A stretch of 64,000 nt of DNA from Xanthobacteraceae bacterium (GCA_019635585.1 JAHBZE010000002.1:1012007-1076006); one strand, 5' to 3'; positions 27,461-38,717 are shown, numbered from the stretch's first letter. The notes: generated by a model not told the origin, from the letters alone. Made by a program: numbers and translations.

Positions 27461-28786
27461 TTAGGACTCAGTTACTGGACCCGCTACAATTTGAGCGAGT
27501 GCGCGGTAACCATCGCCGAGATTCGTTTTTTCTTCCTTACCTTGGGACAGAAAAGCTTCCAGCGCCGGCTGGAGCCTGATCGCCTCGTCGACCTCGGGCG
27601 AGGACCCCTGCCGGTAGGCCCCTAACCGGATCAGTTCCTCCATGTCGCCGTAGGTGGCGAGTACCTGCTTGGCTTTCACCACTGCCGGATAGAACTCGGG
27701 GTCGGAGGATTTGGGCATGGTTCGGGACACCGACTTCAACACGTTAATCGCCGGGTAACGTCCACGCTCCGCGATCGCCCGCTCCATGACGATGTGCCCG
27801 TCGAGGATGCCGCGAACCGCATCCGCGACCGGCTCGTTATGGTCGTCGCCATCGACCAGCACCGTGAACAACGCCGTTATCGTGCCCTTGTCTGGTCCTG
27901 GCCCGGCGCGCTCGAGCAACCGCGGCAGTTCGGAGAAGACCGTCGGCGTATAGCCCTTGGCGGTCGGCGGTTCGCCGCCCGCGAGCCCGATCTCGCGCTG
28001 GGCCATGGCGAAGCGCGTGACGGAGTCCATCAGAAGGAGAACGTCCTTGCCCTCGTCCCGAAAATATTCGGCGATGGCCATGGTGAGCAACGCCGCCTGC
28101 CGGCGCATTAACGCCGGCTCGTCGGAGGTTGCGACCACCACCACGGAGCGTGCGAGACCCGCTTCGCCGAGGTCGTCCTGCAGGAATTCCTGCACCTCGC
28201 GGCCGCGCTCGCCGACGAGCCCGATCACCGCGACATCGCAAGCGGTGTAGCGAGCTAACATCGACAAGAGCACCGACTTGCCGACGCCCGAGCCCGCGAA
28301 GATGCCGAGCCGCTGGCCTTTGCAGGTGGTGGCGAAGGTGTTGAGCGCCCGCACCCCAAGATCGAGCGGGCTGCCGACCCGCTTTCTCGTATGCGCAGCC
28401 GGCGGCGGCGCGCGGAAGGGATAAGGCGATGACCCCGGCTTGATCGGCCCCTTGCCGTCGATCGGCTGGCCATGCGCGTTCACGACCCGGCCGAGCCAGG
28501 CGGAAGAGGGCCGCACCGCCGCGCCTGCCTGCGAAACGATGGCCCGGCAGCCGCGCCGCACGCCCTCGACCGCGGCGAACGGCATGACGACCGCGTTATC
28601 CCCTGCGAAGCCGATCACCTCGCAGGGCACGCCGCCGTTAACCCCTGTTTCGATCGTTAATCGCGCGCCCACGGGCATCGCATGAACGGGTCCCGCGACC
28701 TCGATCATGAGGCCCCGAACCGCCGCAACACGCCCATAATTCAGGGTCCCGTCGAGTTCTTCGATCTGCTCTGCGAGTGCCTTCAT
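27461..28786 (-). CDS. fliI: Flagellum-specific ATPase FliI
   Basis: Walker A GSGVGKS, Walker [11 protein letters not shown]1-ATPase-like fold pattern; 441 aa. Confidence 0.97.
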   Translation of the reverse strand: MKALAEQIEELDGTLNYGRVAAVRGLMIEVAGPVHAMPVGARLTIETGVNGGVPCEVIGFAGDNAVVMPFAAVEGVRRGCRAIVSQAGAAVRPSSAWLGRVVNAHGQPIDGKGPIKPGSSPYPFRAPPPAAHTRKRVGSPLDLGVRALNTFATTCKGQRLGIFAGSGVGKSVLLSMLARYTACDVAVIGLVGERGREVQEFLQDDLGEAGLARSVVVVATSDEPALMRRQAALLTMAIAEYFRDEGKDVLLLMDSVTRFAMAQREIGLAGGEPPTAKGYTPTVFSELPRLLERAGPGPDKGTITALFTVLVDGDDHNEPVADAVRGILDGHIVMERAIAERGRYPAINVLKSVSRTMPKSSDPEFYPAVVKAKQVLATYGDMEELIRLGAYRQGSSPEVDEAIRLQPALEAFLSQGKEEKTNLGDGYRALAQIVAGPVTES

Positions 28787-29020
28787 GGAGAATCACCGCT
28801 TAACGGGCCAAGTCCTTCTTTACCCTATCTTTACCGGCTTCGTTAATGATCGGGTCATGCCTTGGATCGAAGGGCACGCAGGATGCGGGCTTAATTCAAG
28901 GGAGTCGCTTGGTCTGGCTTCTTGAAGTCGTACTTTAACCAGCCGGCCTGAGAAAAATCACGGAACGCCAGCATCTTACGGCGATTCGCGAATATTTTCA
29001 CGGGCTGCGCTTGTGGGACA

Positions 29021-29041
29021 GATTCCGAATCTGTTAACCAT
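29021..29041 (+). promoter_or_regulatory. ctrA upstream control element: GATTC and GAATC (GANTC) sites next to a CtrA 8-mer TTAACCAT
   Basis: GATTCCGAATCTGTTAACCAT read directly. TTAACCAT occupies 29034-29041, 113 nt upstream of the ctrA ATG. Confidence 0.55.
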
Positions 29042-29146
29042 TTGCTGGTTAGCGTCGCAGTCGAGAAATGAGTCAGTCCAGGCACGCAGGCGGGGCGAGT
29101 CTGGAGTGAGATTTGTCCCCCAAAGAGGCCTGGATAGGGGATTGGC

Positions 29147-29866
<720 letters not shown>

Positions 29867-29887
29867 CTTCCCTCGCATACACAATTC

Positions 29888-29915
29888 AAAACCCCGGCCT
29901 GAGGCCGGGGTTTTT
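29888..29915. terminator. Bidirectional rho-independent terminator (ctrA / ABC-2 permease)
   Basis: AAAACCCCGGCC-TGA-GGCCGGGGTTTTT. Confidence 0.88.
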
Positions 29916-29951
29916 GTTTTGGGCGACATGAATAACGATGCGAAAGCGTCG

Positions 29952-30713
29952 TCAATTCTTCAAGCGATACCCGGTCCTGAAGATCCACCAGATAATGCCA
30001 AGGCAAGCGACGAGGAACACCAGCGTCATTGCGATGCTTACGCTTACGTTCACGTCTGCCACCTCGTAGAAGCTCCAGCGGAAGCCCGAGATCAGATAGA
30101 CGATCGGGTTCACGAAGGTCACGACCTGCCAGAACGGCGGCAACACGCTCACCGAATAGAACGCGCCGCCGAGGAAGGTCAGCGGCGTGATGATGAGCAA
30201 CGGCACGATTTGCAGCTTCTCGAAACCGTCGGCCCAGATGCCGATGATGAAGCCCAAGAGACTGAAAGTCACCGCCGTCAGCACCAGAAACGAAATCATC
30301 CACACCGGATGCGCGATCTTGACCGGCACGAACAGCCACGAGGTCGCAAGAATAATGAGGCCGAGGATGATCGACTTGGTCGCGGCCGCACCCACGTAGC
30401 CGATCACGATCTCGATGAAGGAAATCGGCGCCGAGAGAAGCTCGTAGATCGTGCCGGTGAATTTCGGAAAATAGATGCCGAACGATGCATTCATTACGCT
30501 CTGCATCAGAAGCGTCAGCATGATGAGTCCGGGCACGATGAAGGAGCCGTAATCGACGCCTTCCATCGTGGTGATGCGCGAGCCGATCGCTGCCCCGAAC
30601 ACCACGAAATAGAGCGAGGTCGAGATCACCGGCGCGAGAATGCTCTGCATCAGCGTACGCGCGGTGCGCGCCATTTCGAAGCGGTAGATCGCGTGAATCG
30701 CGCGCCAGTTCAT
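29952..30713 (-). CDS. ABC-2 type transporter permease
   Basis: 253 aa, 6 TM helices, ABC-2 family pattern. Overlaps the upstream ATPase gene by 4 nt. Confidence 0.9.
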   Translation of the reverse strand: MNWRAIHAIYRFEMARTARTLMQSILAPVISTSLYFVVFGAAIGSRITTMEGVDYGSFIVPGLIMLTLLMQSVMNASFGIYFPKFTGTIYELLSAPISFIEIVIGYVGAAATKSIILGLIILATSWLFVPVKIAHPVWMISFLVLTAVTFSLLGFIIGIWADGFEKLQIVPLLIITPLTFLGGAFYSVSVLPPFWQVVTFVNPIVYLISGFRWSFYEVADVNVSVSIAMTLVFLVACLGIIWWIFRTGYRLKN

Positions 30714-31654
30714 TTCGCGCCTCCGTTCCGATCTTGATGCACGAGGCCCACAAAAATCTCCTCGAGCGAGCTTTGCGTCGTGGAAAGATCGCGGAAGCGG
30801 ATGCCGGCTTCGTTGAGCGACGCGAGCAGCCGCGTGATGCCGGTGCGCTCGGCCTGCGTGTCATAAGTATAGGTAAGCTCGTCGCCATCCTTCGAGAGCG
30901 AAAGCTGCGAAACGCCGAACAGGTTCGCGGGCAGCGCGGCCAATTTCTCCTGAAGCTGGAGCGTAAGCCGCTTCTGGCCGAGTTTGCGCATCAGCTCTTT
31001 CTTCTCTTCGACCAGAATGATCTCGCCCTTGGAAATGACGCCGATGCGGTCGGCCATGTCCTCGGCTTCCTCGATGTAATGCGTGGTCAGGATGATGGTG
31101 ACGCCGGCGGCGCGGAGATCTCGCACCACCTGCCACATGTCCTTGCGCAATTCGACATCGACACCCGCGGTCGGCTCGTCGAGGAACAGAATTTTCGGCT
31201 CATGCGAAAGCGCTTTCGCGATCAACACGCGCCGCTTCATGCCGCCCGAGAGCGTCATGATCTTGTTGTCTTTCTTGTCCCAGAGCGAAAGGTCTTTGAG
31301 AATTTTTTCGATATAGGCCGGGTTCTTCGGCTTGCCGAACAGCCCGCGGCTGAAGGAAACGGTGGCCCAGACCGACTCGAAGGCGTCGGTGGTCAGTTCC
31401 TGCGGCACCAGCCCGATCAGTTCGCGCGCGGCACGAAAGTCCGTGACATTATCGTGACCGTCCACCGTGACCGTGCCGGCTGAAGCCGTGACCGTGCCGC
31501 AGACAACTCCGATCAGTGTGGTTTTGCCCGCGCCATTGGGGCCGAGCAGCGCGAAGATTTCGCCGCGGCGGATGCCGAGATTGATGTTTTTCAGCGCGGG
31601 GAAGCCGGTCGCATAGGTCTTGGACAGGCCGGAAATTGTAATAATGTCATGCAT
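30710..31654 (-). CDS. ABC transporter ATP-binding protein (ABC-2 exporter partner)
   Basis: Trimmed to the ATG at 31654 ([14 protein letters not shown]...). Walker [10 protein letters not shown], signature LSGGMKRR, Walker [10 protein letters not shown]. Confidence 0.92.
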   Translation of the reverse strand: MHDIITISGLSKTYATGFPALKNINLGIRRGEIFALLGPNGAGKTTLIGVVCGTVTASAGTVTVDGHDNVTDFRAARELIGLVPQELTTDAFESVWATVSFSRGLFGKPKNPAYIEKILKDLSLWDKKDNKIMTLSGGMKRRVLIAKALSHEPKILFLDEPTAGVDVELRKDMWQVVRDLRAAGVTIILTTHYIEEAEDMADRIGVISKGEIILVEEKKELMRKLGQKRLTLQLQEKLAALPANLFGVSQLSLSKDGDELTYTYDTQAERTGITRLLASLNEAGIRFRDLSTTQSSLEEIFVGLVHQDRNGGAK

Positions 31655-31784
31655 CGGCGGGCCTCTTACTACGGTTCGGCCCGATCCTCCAGAACCTGTG
31701 AGCAACGCGGGTTTGCTCTGGCCGCAGATTGGCCGCAATGCAATTCCTCACTCTCCCGCCCACCGACACCCAAGGATTCCATTC

Positions 31785-32303
31785 ATGCAGATGCTCATTC
31801 GCGCGGCGGCAATTGCCCTCGCCGCCTTTGCCTTCACGGCCGCGCCCGCGGCGGCGCAGAACGCCCCGCAGGAACTCAAGCAGATCAAGCTCACCGAAAA
31901 GCAGGTGCAGAGCTATATCGACGCCCAAGCCGACATCAACGCGGTGACCGCCAAGATCAAAGGCGACAAGCCCGATCCGAAGCTGCTCGGCGAGCTTGAG
32001 GCCGCCGCGAAAAAGCATGGCTTCGCCAACCTCCAGGAACTCGACGAAGTCGCCGCCAATGTGAACCTCGTGTTCTCCGGCTTCGACCCGAAGACCAAGG
32101 AATTTTCGCAGCCACCGGTCGCGCTCAAGAAAGAAATTGAGGCGGTCAACGCCGACAAGTCGATTCCGGAAAAAGAGAAGAAGGAAATCCTGGGCGAACT
32201 GAACCAGGCGCTGAAATTTGCAAAAGACGTTCAGTATCCCGAGAACATCGAGCTCGTGAAGAAGTATTACGGCAAGATCGAAGCGACCATGCCGAAAGGC
32301 TGA
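31785..32303 (+). CDS. Secreted Lys/Glu-rich helical protein of unknown function
   Basis: The ATG at 31785 gives the signal peptide MQMLIRAAAIALAAFAFTAAPAAAQ; about 172 aa. A terminator follows. Confidence 0.65.
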   Translation: MQMLIRAAAIALAAFAFTAAPAAAQNAPQELKQIKLTEKQVQSYIDAQADINAVTAKIKGDKPDPKLLGELEAAAKKHGFANLQELDEVAANVNLVFSGFDPKTKEFSQPPVALKKEIEAVNADKSIPEKEKKEILGELNQALKFAKDVQYPENIELVKKYYGKIEATMPKG

Positions 32304-32324
32304 ACGCTCACCTTCAGGAAAACG

Positions 32325-32352
32325 AAAAGGCCGCCCCCGGGCGGCCTTTTTT
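32325..32352. terminator. Bidirectional rho-independent terminator
   Basis: AAAAGGCCGCC-CCCG-GGCGGCCTTTTTT between convergent genes. Confidence 0.85.
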
Positions 32353-32373
32353 GTTTCGGGAAGCGCCGCGAAA

Positions 32374-33228
32374 TCACGCGCGCATCGCAAAGGCCGGCTT
32401 CGGCTCGGGTTTCTTTTCGACCGAGTGGACATAAAGCCCGCGCTTGTCCGGCATCGGCATGAAGAGATTGGTGAAGCCTACCACGGTTTCGGCCGCGCCG
32501 AGCAACAGATGCCCGTCGCGCACCAGCGAACGCGCGATCCGCGTAAGCACATCCTGCTTCGTTTTCGAATCGAAATAGATCAGCACGTTGCGGCAGAAGA
32601 TGACATCGAACATGCCGAGCATCGCGAAATCGTCGAGCAGATTGTGCTGGCGATACTGCACCATGTCGCGCAATTCCTGCGCGATGCGCCACTGGTCGCC
32701 GTCTTGCTTGAAATATTTCAGCAAGAGTTGAATCGGTAGCCCGCGCTGCACCTCGAATTGCGTGTAGAGACCGGCCTTCGCCTTCTCGAGCACGTCGGCC
32801 GAAATGTCGGTGGCGACGATTTCGATCTTCCAGCCAGCGAACTCCTGCTCCACCTGCTTGAACATCATCGCGAGCGAGTAAGGCTCCTGGCCGGTCGAGG
32901 CCGCCGCGCACCAGATGCGAATCCGCTTGGTCGCGGCGCGCAACTTCTGCATCTGCGGCAGCACCGTATCCTGAAAGCGCTCGAACGGCGTCTTGTCGCG
33001 GAAGAAGAAGCTCTCGTTGATCGTCATCGCCTCGGTGACGCGCTGGCGCAGCGGTTCCTCGGCGAACTGCTTAAGCTTCGCAACAAGATCGCCGATGGAG
33101 CCGCAATTATTCTGGCGTGCGACCGGGAGCAGACGGCTCTCGATCAGATACTGCTTGTCACCCGCGAGATGCAGGCCCGAGCGCTCGTTCAAGAGTTTGC
33201 TTAGGTACGCATAATCCTGCGGCGTCAC
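32374..33228 (-). CDS. cheR: Chemotaxis protein methyltransferase CheR
   Basis: CheR N-terminal helical domain plus SAM domain (IRIWCAAASTGQEPYSLAM, FDVIFCRNVLIYF). Confidence 0.95.
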   Translation of the reverse strand: MTPQDYAYLSKLLNERSGLHLAGDKQYLIESRLLPVARQNNCGSIGDLVAKLKQFAEEPLRQRVTEAMTINESFFFRDKTPFERFQDTVLPQMQKLRAATKRIRIWCAAASTGQEPYSLAMMFKQVEQEFAGWKIEIVATDISADVLEKAKAGLYTQFEVQRGLPIQLLLKYFKQDGDQWRIAQELRDMVQYRQHNLLDDFAMLGMFDVIFCRNVLIYFDSKTKQDVLTRIARSLVRDGHLLLGAAETVVGFTNLFMPMPDKRGLYVHSVEKKPEPKPAFAMRA

Positions 33229-34349
33229 GAGAAATCTCCTGAAACGATGCGGACGGCCTTGGGGCCGATCTCATGGATAGGCAATACGGCGGCACACGCG
33301 CCGGCTTGCGCGGCGGATCCTGGCATGCCCCAGATCACGCTGGTGGCTTCGTCTTGCGCGATCACGTTGCCGCCGTTGTCGGCGATCGCGAGCGACCCCT
33401 TCTTGCCGTCGGAGCCCATGCCGGTCAGCACGATGCAGAGCGCACGACCGTCGAGCGCATTCGACGCGGACAGAAACAGCGCGTCCACCGCGGGCTTGCA
33501 GAAATGAATCGGCGCGGAATCGTCGATCACGACCTCGATACCGTCGTCGCGCTTGATCAGCGCAAGATGCTTGCCGCCGGGTGCGACATAGATCATTCCG
33601 GCTTTCAACGGCTCGCCGTTGATCGCCTCGCGCGCGGGCTTGCCGGCGAGACGGCCGAGATGTTCGGCAAGCGTTGCCGTGAAGATCGGCGGCATGTGCT
33701 GCACGATCAGCACGGGCACGCGATCGATGACGGGCACGAGTCCCTTCACCAGTACCTGCAGCGCCTGCGGCCCGCCTGTGGAGGAGCCGACCAAGATCGC
33801 CTTCGGCATGATCCTGGAAAACGGGCGCAGCGTGATGTCGTTCGCCAGCGCCTGGTGCGTCAGCGGCATCGCACGGATTTCGCGCCGCGCCAACGGCGTT
33901 GCGGAAAACCGGCGGCCACCGAGCTGGCGAATCTTGTCGATCAGCGTACGGCGGAATTCTTCCGATCCGGCCCCGTTGCCGATCTCGGGTTTCGGCACGC
34001 AATCGGTCGCGCCCATCGAGAGCGCTTTCAGCGTGATTTCCGCGCCGCGCTTTGTAAGCGTCGACGCCATGATCACGGGCAGCCGCGGCCGCCTGATCAG
34101 GAGTTCCTTCAGCGTCGCGATGCCATCGAGTTCCGGCATCTCGATGTCGAGCACGACGACATCGGGATTCGCAATATCGAATTGCTCGAGCGCTTCGCGC
34201 CCATTCTTGCAGACACGCACCACCTGCATGTCGGGCTCAAGTCCGATCCAGCGCGAGACGAGACCGCGCACGACGACCGCGTCGTCGACGATCATCACGC
34301 GTGCGGGTAACGCGTTCTTCGCAAGCGGAAGGGGGCGGGGCTGCACCAT
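33225..34349 (-). CDS. cheB: Protein-glutamate methylesterase/response regulator CheB
   Basis: Receiver (VMIVDDAVVVR ... VLDIEMPELDG) plus esterase domain (GSSTGGPQAL, VQHMPP, TGMGSDG). Confidence 0.95.
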   Translation of the reverse strand: MVQPRPLPLAKNALPARVMIVDDAVVVRGLVSRWIGLEPDMQVVRVCKNGREALEQFDIANPDVVVLDIEMPELDGIATLKELLIRRPRLPVIMASTLTKRGAEITLKALSMGATDCVPKPEIGNGAGSEEFRRTLIDKIRQLGGRRFSATPLARREIRAMPLTHQALANDITLRPFSRIMPKAILVGSSTGGPQALQVLVKGLVPVIDRVPVLIVQHMPPIFTATLAEHLGRLAGKPAREAINGEPLKAGMIYVAPGGKHLALIKRDDGIEVVIDDSAPIHFCKPAVDALFLSASNALDGRALCIVLTGMGSDGKKGSLAIADNGGNVIAQDEATSVIWGMPGSAAQAGACAAVLPIHEIGPKAVRIVSGDFS

Positions 34350-34390
34350 CTGGAAGCGGACGCCGGACTAGCCGCCGCCCGTCATTCGGC

Positions 34391-34756
34391 TCAGATCAGG
34401 CCGACTTCCTGAAACTTCGCTTCGACGATTTCCTTGTCGAAGGGCTTCATGATGTATTCGTCCGCGCCGGCATGCATCGCACGCGCGATATGGGCGAGAT
34501 CGTTCTCGGTCGTGCAAAACACGACTTTCGGCTTGTCGCCCGCCGGCATCGAACGAAGCGCACGCAGGAAGTCGAAGCCGTCCATGACCGGCATGTTCCA
34601 ATCGAGCAGGATCGCTTCCGGCATGTCCTTGGCGCAGGCATCAAGCGCCTGGCGGCCGTCAGAGGCCTCCAGAACCGTGAAGCCGAAGTTTTCCAGAATC
34701 CGCCGCGCGACTTTGCGGATGACGCCGGAGTCGTCAACGATGAGACAGCGTTTCAT
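34391..34756 (-). CDS. cheY: Single-domain response regulator CheY
   Basis: Trimmed to the ATG at 34756: MKRCLIVDDSGVIRK ... LLDWNMPVMDG ... KPF; 121 aa. Confidence 0.9.
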   Translation of the reverse strand: MKRCLIVDDSGVIRKVARRILENFGFTVLEASDGRQALDACAKDMPEAILLDWNMPVMDGFDFLRALRSMPAGDKPKVVFCTTENDLAHIARAMHAGADEYIMKPFDKEIVEAKFQEVGLI

Positions 34757-34779
34757 TTTTCCAGTTCCTTCTACAACAT

Positions 34780-35238
34780 TCACGCGGCGAGCGTGTCTTT
34801 CCTGAAATCGAGAATCTTGTCGACGTCGAGCACCACCATCAGACGATCCTCGAGCCGATAGATGCCGGAACAGATCGCCGCCCAATTCTTCTGCAGATTG
34901 ATGGGCGCGGCATCGAGCGCAGCAGACGAAAGTTTGAGCACCTCGCCCATCGAGTCGACGAGCAGGCCATAAGCCTCGCCGTCATGATCGATGCCGATCG
35001 CCATCCGCTTCTCGGCGGCCTCGCGCGGCGGCAGGCCAAGTCGCTTGCGCATGTCGAGCGCTGTTACAACACGGCCGCGCAGGTTCAGCACGCCGGAGAT
35101 TTCGGATGGCGCCAACGGCACGCGGGTGACGCGCTCGGCTTCGAATACGTCATGCACGCGCGTGATCGGAATTCCGAACAGCTGGTCGGCGATCCACGCG
35201 GTCACGAATTCGGTTTCGGTCGCGTCAGCTTTGCTCAT
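34780..35238 (-). CDS. cheW: Chemotaxis coupling protein CheW
   Basis: Trimmed to the ATG at 35238 (ATGA overlap with the cheA stop). CheW motif GVLNLRGRVVTALDMRKRLG. Confidence 0.92.
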   Translation of the reverse strand: MSKADATETEFVTAWIADQLFGIPITRVHDVFEAERVTRVPLAPSEISGVLNLRGRVVTALDMRKRLGLPPREAAEKRMAIGIDHDGEAYGLLVDSMGEVLKLSSAALDAAPINLQKNWAAICSGIYRLEDRLMVVLDVDKILDFRKDTLAA

Positions 35239-37850
35239 GCGGCCTCCTGCAATTCGACCGCCGCGTTCTTCAGCGCCTGCAGCAGTCCGCGCCGGTCGAA
35301 CTTTGCGACGTAGCCGTACATACCCGCGCTCTCGCATTTCGATGCGACCGCGGGCGATAGCGTCGAGGTGAGCGCAATCACCGGCAGATGCGAGAAGTTT
35401 GCATTCGCGCGCAGCGCTTCGGTGAAGGCGAAGCCGTCGATCTCCGGCATCTCGATGTCGGTCACGACGGCGTCGAAACTCGCGCCGCGATCGAGCGCCA
35501 CGAGTGCTTCCTTCGCCCCGGAAAGCGCGGTGACGTCATAGCCCGCAGCCTGCAGCACCGGCGCCAGCATGTTGCGGAAGAACGCGGAGTCGTCGACGAA
35601 AAGAAGTTTCTTCTTTTCGCGCGCGTGACCCTGCCTTCCGTGGAACCAATCAGAGAAGCCGAGCGGCAGGAAATGCGCGACGTCGATGATCTCGGTCGCC
35701 TGATCGCGGATGATCGCGGAGCCGAGTACGCCCGGTGTGTCGCTCGCGACCTTGATTTCGAGCCGGTCCTCGACGATGTCCACGATCTCGTCGACGATGA
35801 GACCGACCGAACGGCCGCCGTCGGTGAAAACAAGAAGCGGCTGCGTGCCGTCTTCGGCGAGCTTCGCGTTTTCGTCGGCCGGGATCAGCGGCATCAAGCC
35901 GCCGCGATACTGCACCATCGGCCGGCCGCTGGATCGCTCGATCTTCCTGGCGTCGATCTCTTCTAGCCTCGTCACCAGCGAGAGCGGCACCGCCTTGAGC
36001 GTGCCGGAGCCGGAGCGGAACATCAGCATCGAAACCGTCTTCAGCGCTTCTTCCTGCGGCAACGCTTCGCCCTTGGCCGCGAAGTCGTCGATGGTGCGTT
36101 CCTCGCGGGACGCGCCGATCGATTCCGCGATCCCGTTCGGATCGAGAATCATGATCACCGAGCCGTCGCCGAGAATGGTGTTGCCGCCGAGAATCTTGAT
36201 GTCGCGCAGGCTGGCAGCGACCGGTTTCACGACGATCTCTTCGGTGTGCATCACGTCGTCGACCACGATGCCGAACAGGCTCGCGCCGACCTGCATGACG
36301 ATCACGAAGGCGTCGCCGTTCGCCTCGGGCTGTTTGGGCAGTTTCAGGAGTTGCGTCAGCGACAACAGCGGCAAGAGCTTGTCGCGCAACCGCAACACCA
36401 GCGCGCCATTGATTTCCTCGACGAGATTTGCGTTCGAACCCCGATGGACGAGTTCGACCACGGCGACCTGCGGAATCGCGTAGCGCTCGCCGCCGGCCTC
36501 CACGATCAGCGCCGGCACAATCGCGAGCGTCAGCGGAATCTTGATCGAGAAAGTCGAGCCGCGCCCCGGCGTCGACTTCAGATCGATGGTGCCGCCGATC
36601 TGATCGATGTTGGTCTTGACCACGTCCATGCCGACGCCGCGACCGGACACGCTCGTTACTTTCTCCGCGGTCGAGAAGCCCGGCGCGAAAATCAGTTTAT
36701 GAAGTTGCGCTTCGCTCGGATGGTCTTCGTCGGAAATCAATCCGACTTCGATCGCCCGCCTACGGATTTTCGAGAGGTTCAAGCCGCGCCCGTCGTCGGC
36801 GATCTCGATCACAATCTGGCCGCTGGCCTGATAGGCGGAAAGGCGGATCGTGCCTTTCGCGGGCTTGCCGGCCTTGCGCCGCTCCTCGGTCGTTTCGAGC
36901 CCGTGGTCCGCGGAGTTTCGCACCATGTGGGTGAGCGGATCGCGGATGATATCGAGCACCTGGCGGTCGAGTTCGGTCTCGGCGCCGTGCATTTCGAGTT
37001 CGATTTCCTTGCCGAGTTCCTGGCCAAGATCGCGCACGATGCGCGGCAGCTTCGCCCAGGCGTTGCCGATCGGCTGCATGCGGGTCTTCATGACCCCTTC
37101 CTGCAACTCGGCGGTCACGTTCGATAGCCGCTGCAGCGGCACCTTGAATTCGCTTTCCGAATGGCGGCGGACGATTTCGAGGAGCTGGTTGCGCGTCAGC
37201 ACCAGTTCCGAAACCATCGTCATCAGCCGCTCGACGGTATCGACCGAAACGCGCAGCGTCTGGTTACCGGCGGGCGCCGTATCGGGATGACGACGCTCGC
37301 CCACGCGGCGATCGTCGCCGCGCTTTTCCTGTTTCTTGTCCTGCGGCCCCGGCGTATCGCGGAATGCGCGCTCGAGATCGTCGAGCGAAACTTCGCCCGG
37401 GCGCAGCGGGCGCTCCAGCACCTGCGGGCTCAGCGTGCCGATGGTGATTTCTTCCGCAGCCGGAGCGGGCGCGCCGCCGTCGAGCGCCATCTGTTCGAGC
37501 TGCACGATCAGGTCGCCGTCGGAGCCGGCAGGCTCAGCAGCGGTCGCCTCCAATTCGGCGAGAATAGATTTGAGCCGGTCGATGGTGACCAGCACAAGCG
37601 ACACGGCATCGGCCGTCACCGGCGCGCCGTCGCGGAATTTGCCCATCACGGTTTCGGCGGCATGCGCAAGCGCTTCGAGCCGCGGCAGGCCGATGAAGCC
37701 GCAGGTACCTTTGATGGTGTGAACGAGCCGAAAGATGCGGCCGAGAATGTCCGCGTTGTTCGGCTCCTGCTCGAAACGGATAAGCTCGTTGTCGACGACA
37801 TCGAGGCTCTCGTTTGTCTCGGTCAGAAATTCCCGAAGCAGGTCTTCCAT
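35235..37850 (-). CDS. cheA: Hybrid chemotaxis histidine kinase CheA with a C-terminal receiver domain
   Basis: Hpt (RLVHTIKGTCGF), dimerisation and HATPase domains (GRGVGMDVV), a CheW-like domain, and a C-terminal REC (LLFVDDSAFFRNML ... VVTDIEMPEIDG ... YVAKF). Confidence 0.95.
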   Translation of the reverse strand: MEDLLREFLTETNESLDVVDNELIRFEQEPNNADILGRIFRLVHTIKGTCGFIGLPRLEALAHAAETVMGKFRDGAPVTADAVSLVLVTIDRLKSILAELEATAAEPAGSDGDLIVQLEQMALDGGAPAPAAEEITIGTLSPQVLERPLRPGEVSLDDLERAFRDTPGPQDKKQEKRGDDRRVGERRHPDTAPAGNQTLRVSVDTVERLMTMVSELVLTRNQLLEIVRRHSESEFKVPLQRLSNVTAELQEGVMKTRMQPIGNAWAKLPRIVRDLGQELGKEIELEMHGAETELDRQVLDIIRDPLTHMVRNSADHGLETTEERRKAGKPAKGTIRLSAYQASGQIVIEIADDGRGLNLSKIRRRAIEVGLISDEDHPSEAQLHKLIFAPGFSTAEKVTSVSGRGVGMDVVKTNIDQIGGTIDLKSTPGRGSTFSIKIPLTLAIVPALIVEAGGERYAIPQVAVVELVHRGSNANLVEEINGALVLRLRDKLLPLLSLTQLLKLPKQPEANGDAFVIVMQVGASLFGIVVDDVMHTEEIVVKPVAASLRDIKILGGNTILGDGSVIMILDPNGIAESIGASREERTIDDFAAKGEALPQEEALKTVSMLMFRSGSGTLKAVPLSLVTRLEEIDARKIERSSGRPMVQYRGGLMPLIPADENAKLAEDGTQPLLVFTDGGRSVGLIVDEIVDIVEDRLEIKVASDTPGVLGSAIIRDQATEIIDVAHFLPLGFSDWFHGRQGHAREKKKLLFVDDSAFFRNMLAPVLQAAGYDVTALSGAKEALVALDRGASFDAVVTDIEMPEIDGFAFTEALRANANFSHLPVIALTSTLSPAVASKCESAGMYGYVAKFDRRGLLQALKNAAVELQEAA

Positions 37851-38004
37851 GGCGGCCGCGCATATCCCAAAGGCGGGCCAGGGCCTTGGGATCGGCCCGG
37901 TCCGCGATGTGGCGCCAGTATCGATTCGGGAGGGTTAAGATTGATTAAAACGAACGCCCTTCGGCGCTAACCCGATACCGTCGTAGTTCCCTGATTTTGC
38001 TGGC

Positions 38005-38637
38005 TTATTGCGCGGTCAGCGTCGCGCCGGTCGCGTCGGCGGCGAGCGTCAGCTTCATGCCCTGCTCGCGCGCGAGCACGCCCGTATAAAAGGGCTGGAT
38101 GGTCTGCGCCGTGAGCGCCTCGGCCGGGGTCCCGGCGAGCAGACCTTCGGTCGAAGGATGCATCCGGACCCGCTCCGCCTCGACCTTCACCGTGAAGCCC
38201 ATGGTTTCGCCCGTGCCGATCGGATCGACTTTCATGGTGCCGCCACGCGAAACAGCGCTGGCCGCGATCAGCATCATGTTCAGGAGCAGTTTCACCCGGT
38301 TCTTCGCAAGCAGCGTCTTCGGGATCGAAAACTCTACCTTGATCTCCGGCTCGAACAATTGCCGGCCGAGATCGCCGGCGTCGCCCACATCGACCTGCGC
38401 CGTGGGCGAGCCCGACGAGCCGAAGGCGATCCGCGCGTATTTCAGCTTCGCGGTCGCCTGCACCGCGCTATGCTGGATCAGCTTCATCGCCTCTTCGCGC
38501 GACTCCGGCTTCTGGTCCATTTCCAGAAGCTGAAACCCGTTTTCCATCGCCGCCACCGGATTGATGACGTCGTGACAGACCTTCGAGCAAAGCATCGCCG
38601 AGAGGTCGAGGGCGGAAAGTTCGATCGGAGCGCTCAT
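38005..38637 (-). CDS. chpT: Histidine phosphotransferase ChpT
   Basis: 210 aa. N-terminal LSAMLCSKVCHDVINPVAAMENGFQLLE is the ChpT/DUF2328 H-box pattern. Has a degenerate kinase-like C-terminus. Confidence 0.85.
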   Translation of the reverse strand: MSAPIELSALDLSAMLCSKVCHDVINPVAAMENGFQLLEMDQKPESREEAMKLIQHSAVQATAKLKYARIAFGSSGSPTAQVDVGDAGDLGRQLFEPEIKVEFSIPKTLLAKNRVKLLLNMMLIAASAVSRGGTMKVDPIGTGETMGFTVKVEAERVRMHPSTEGLLAGTPAEALTAQTIQPFYTGVLAREQGMKLTLAADATGATLTAQ

Positions 38638-38717
38638 GGCACCAAGCCCTATGTGATTCGGAGCGCTTTGGTCGAGCGGCTACCTCGTGATAATCCAGCC
38701 ACCACAGGATCCCCGCC

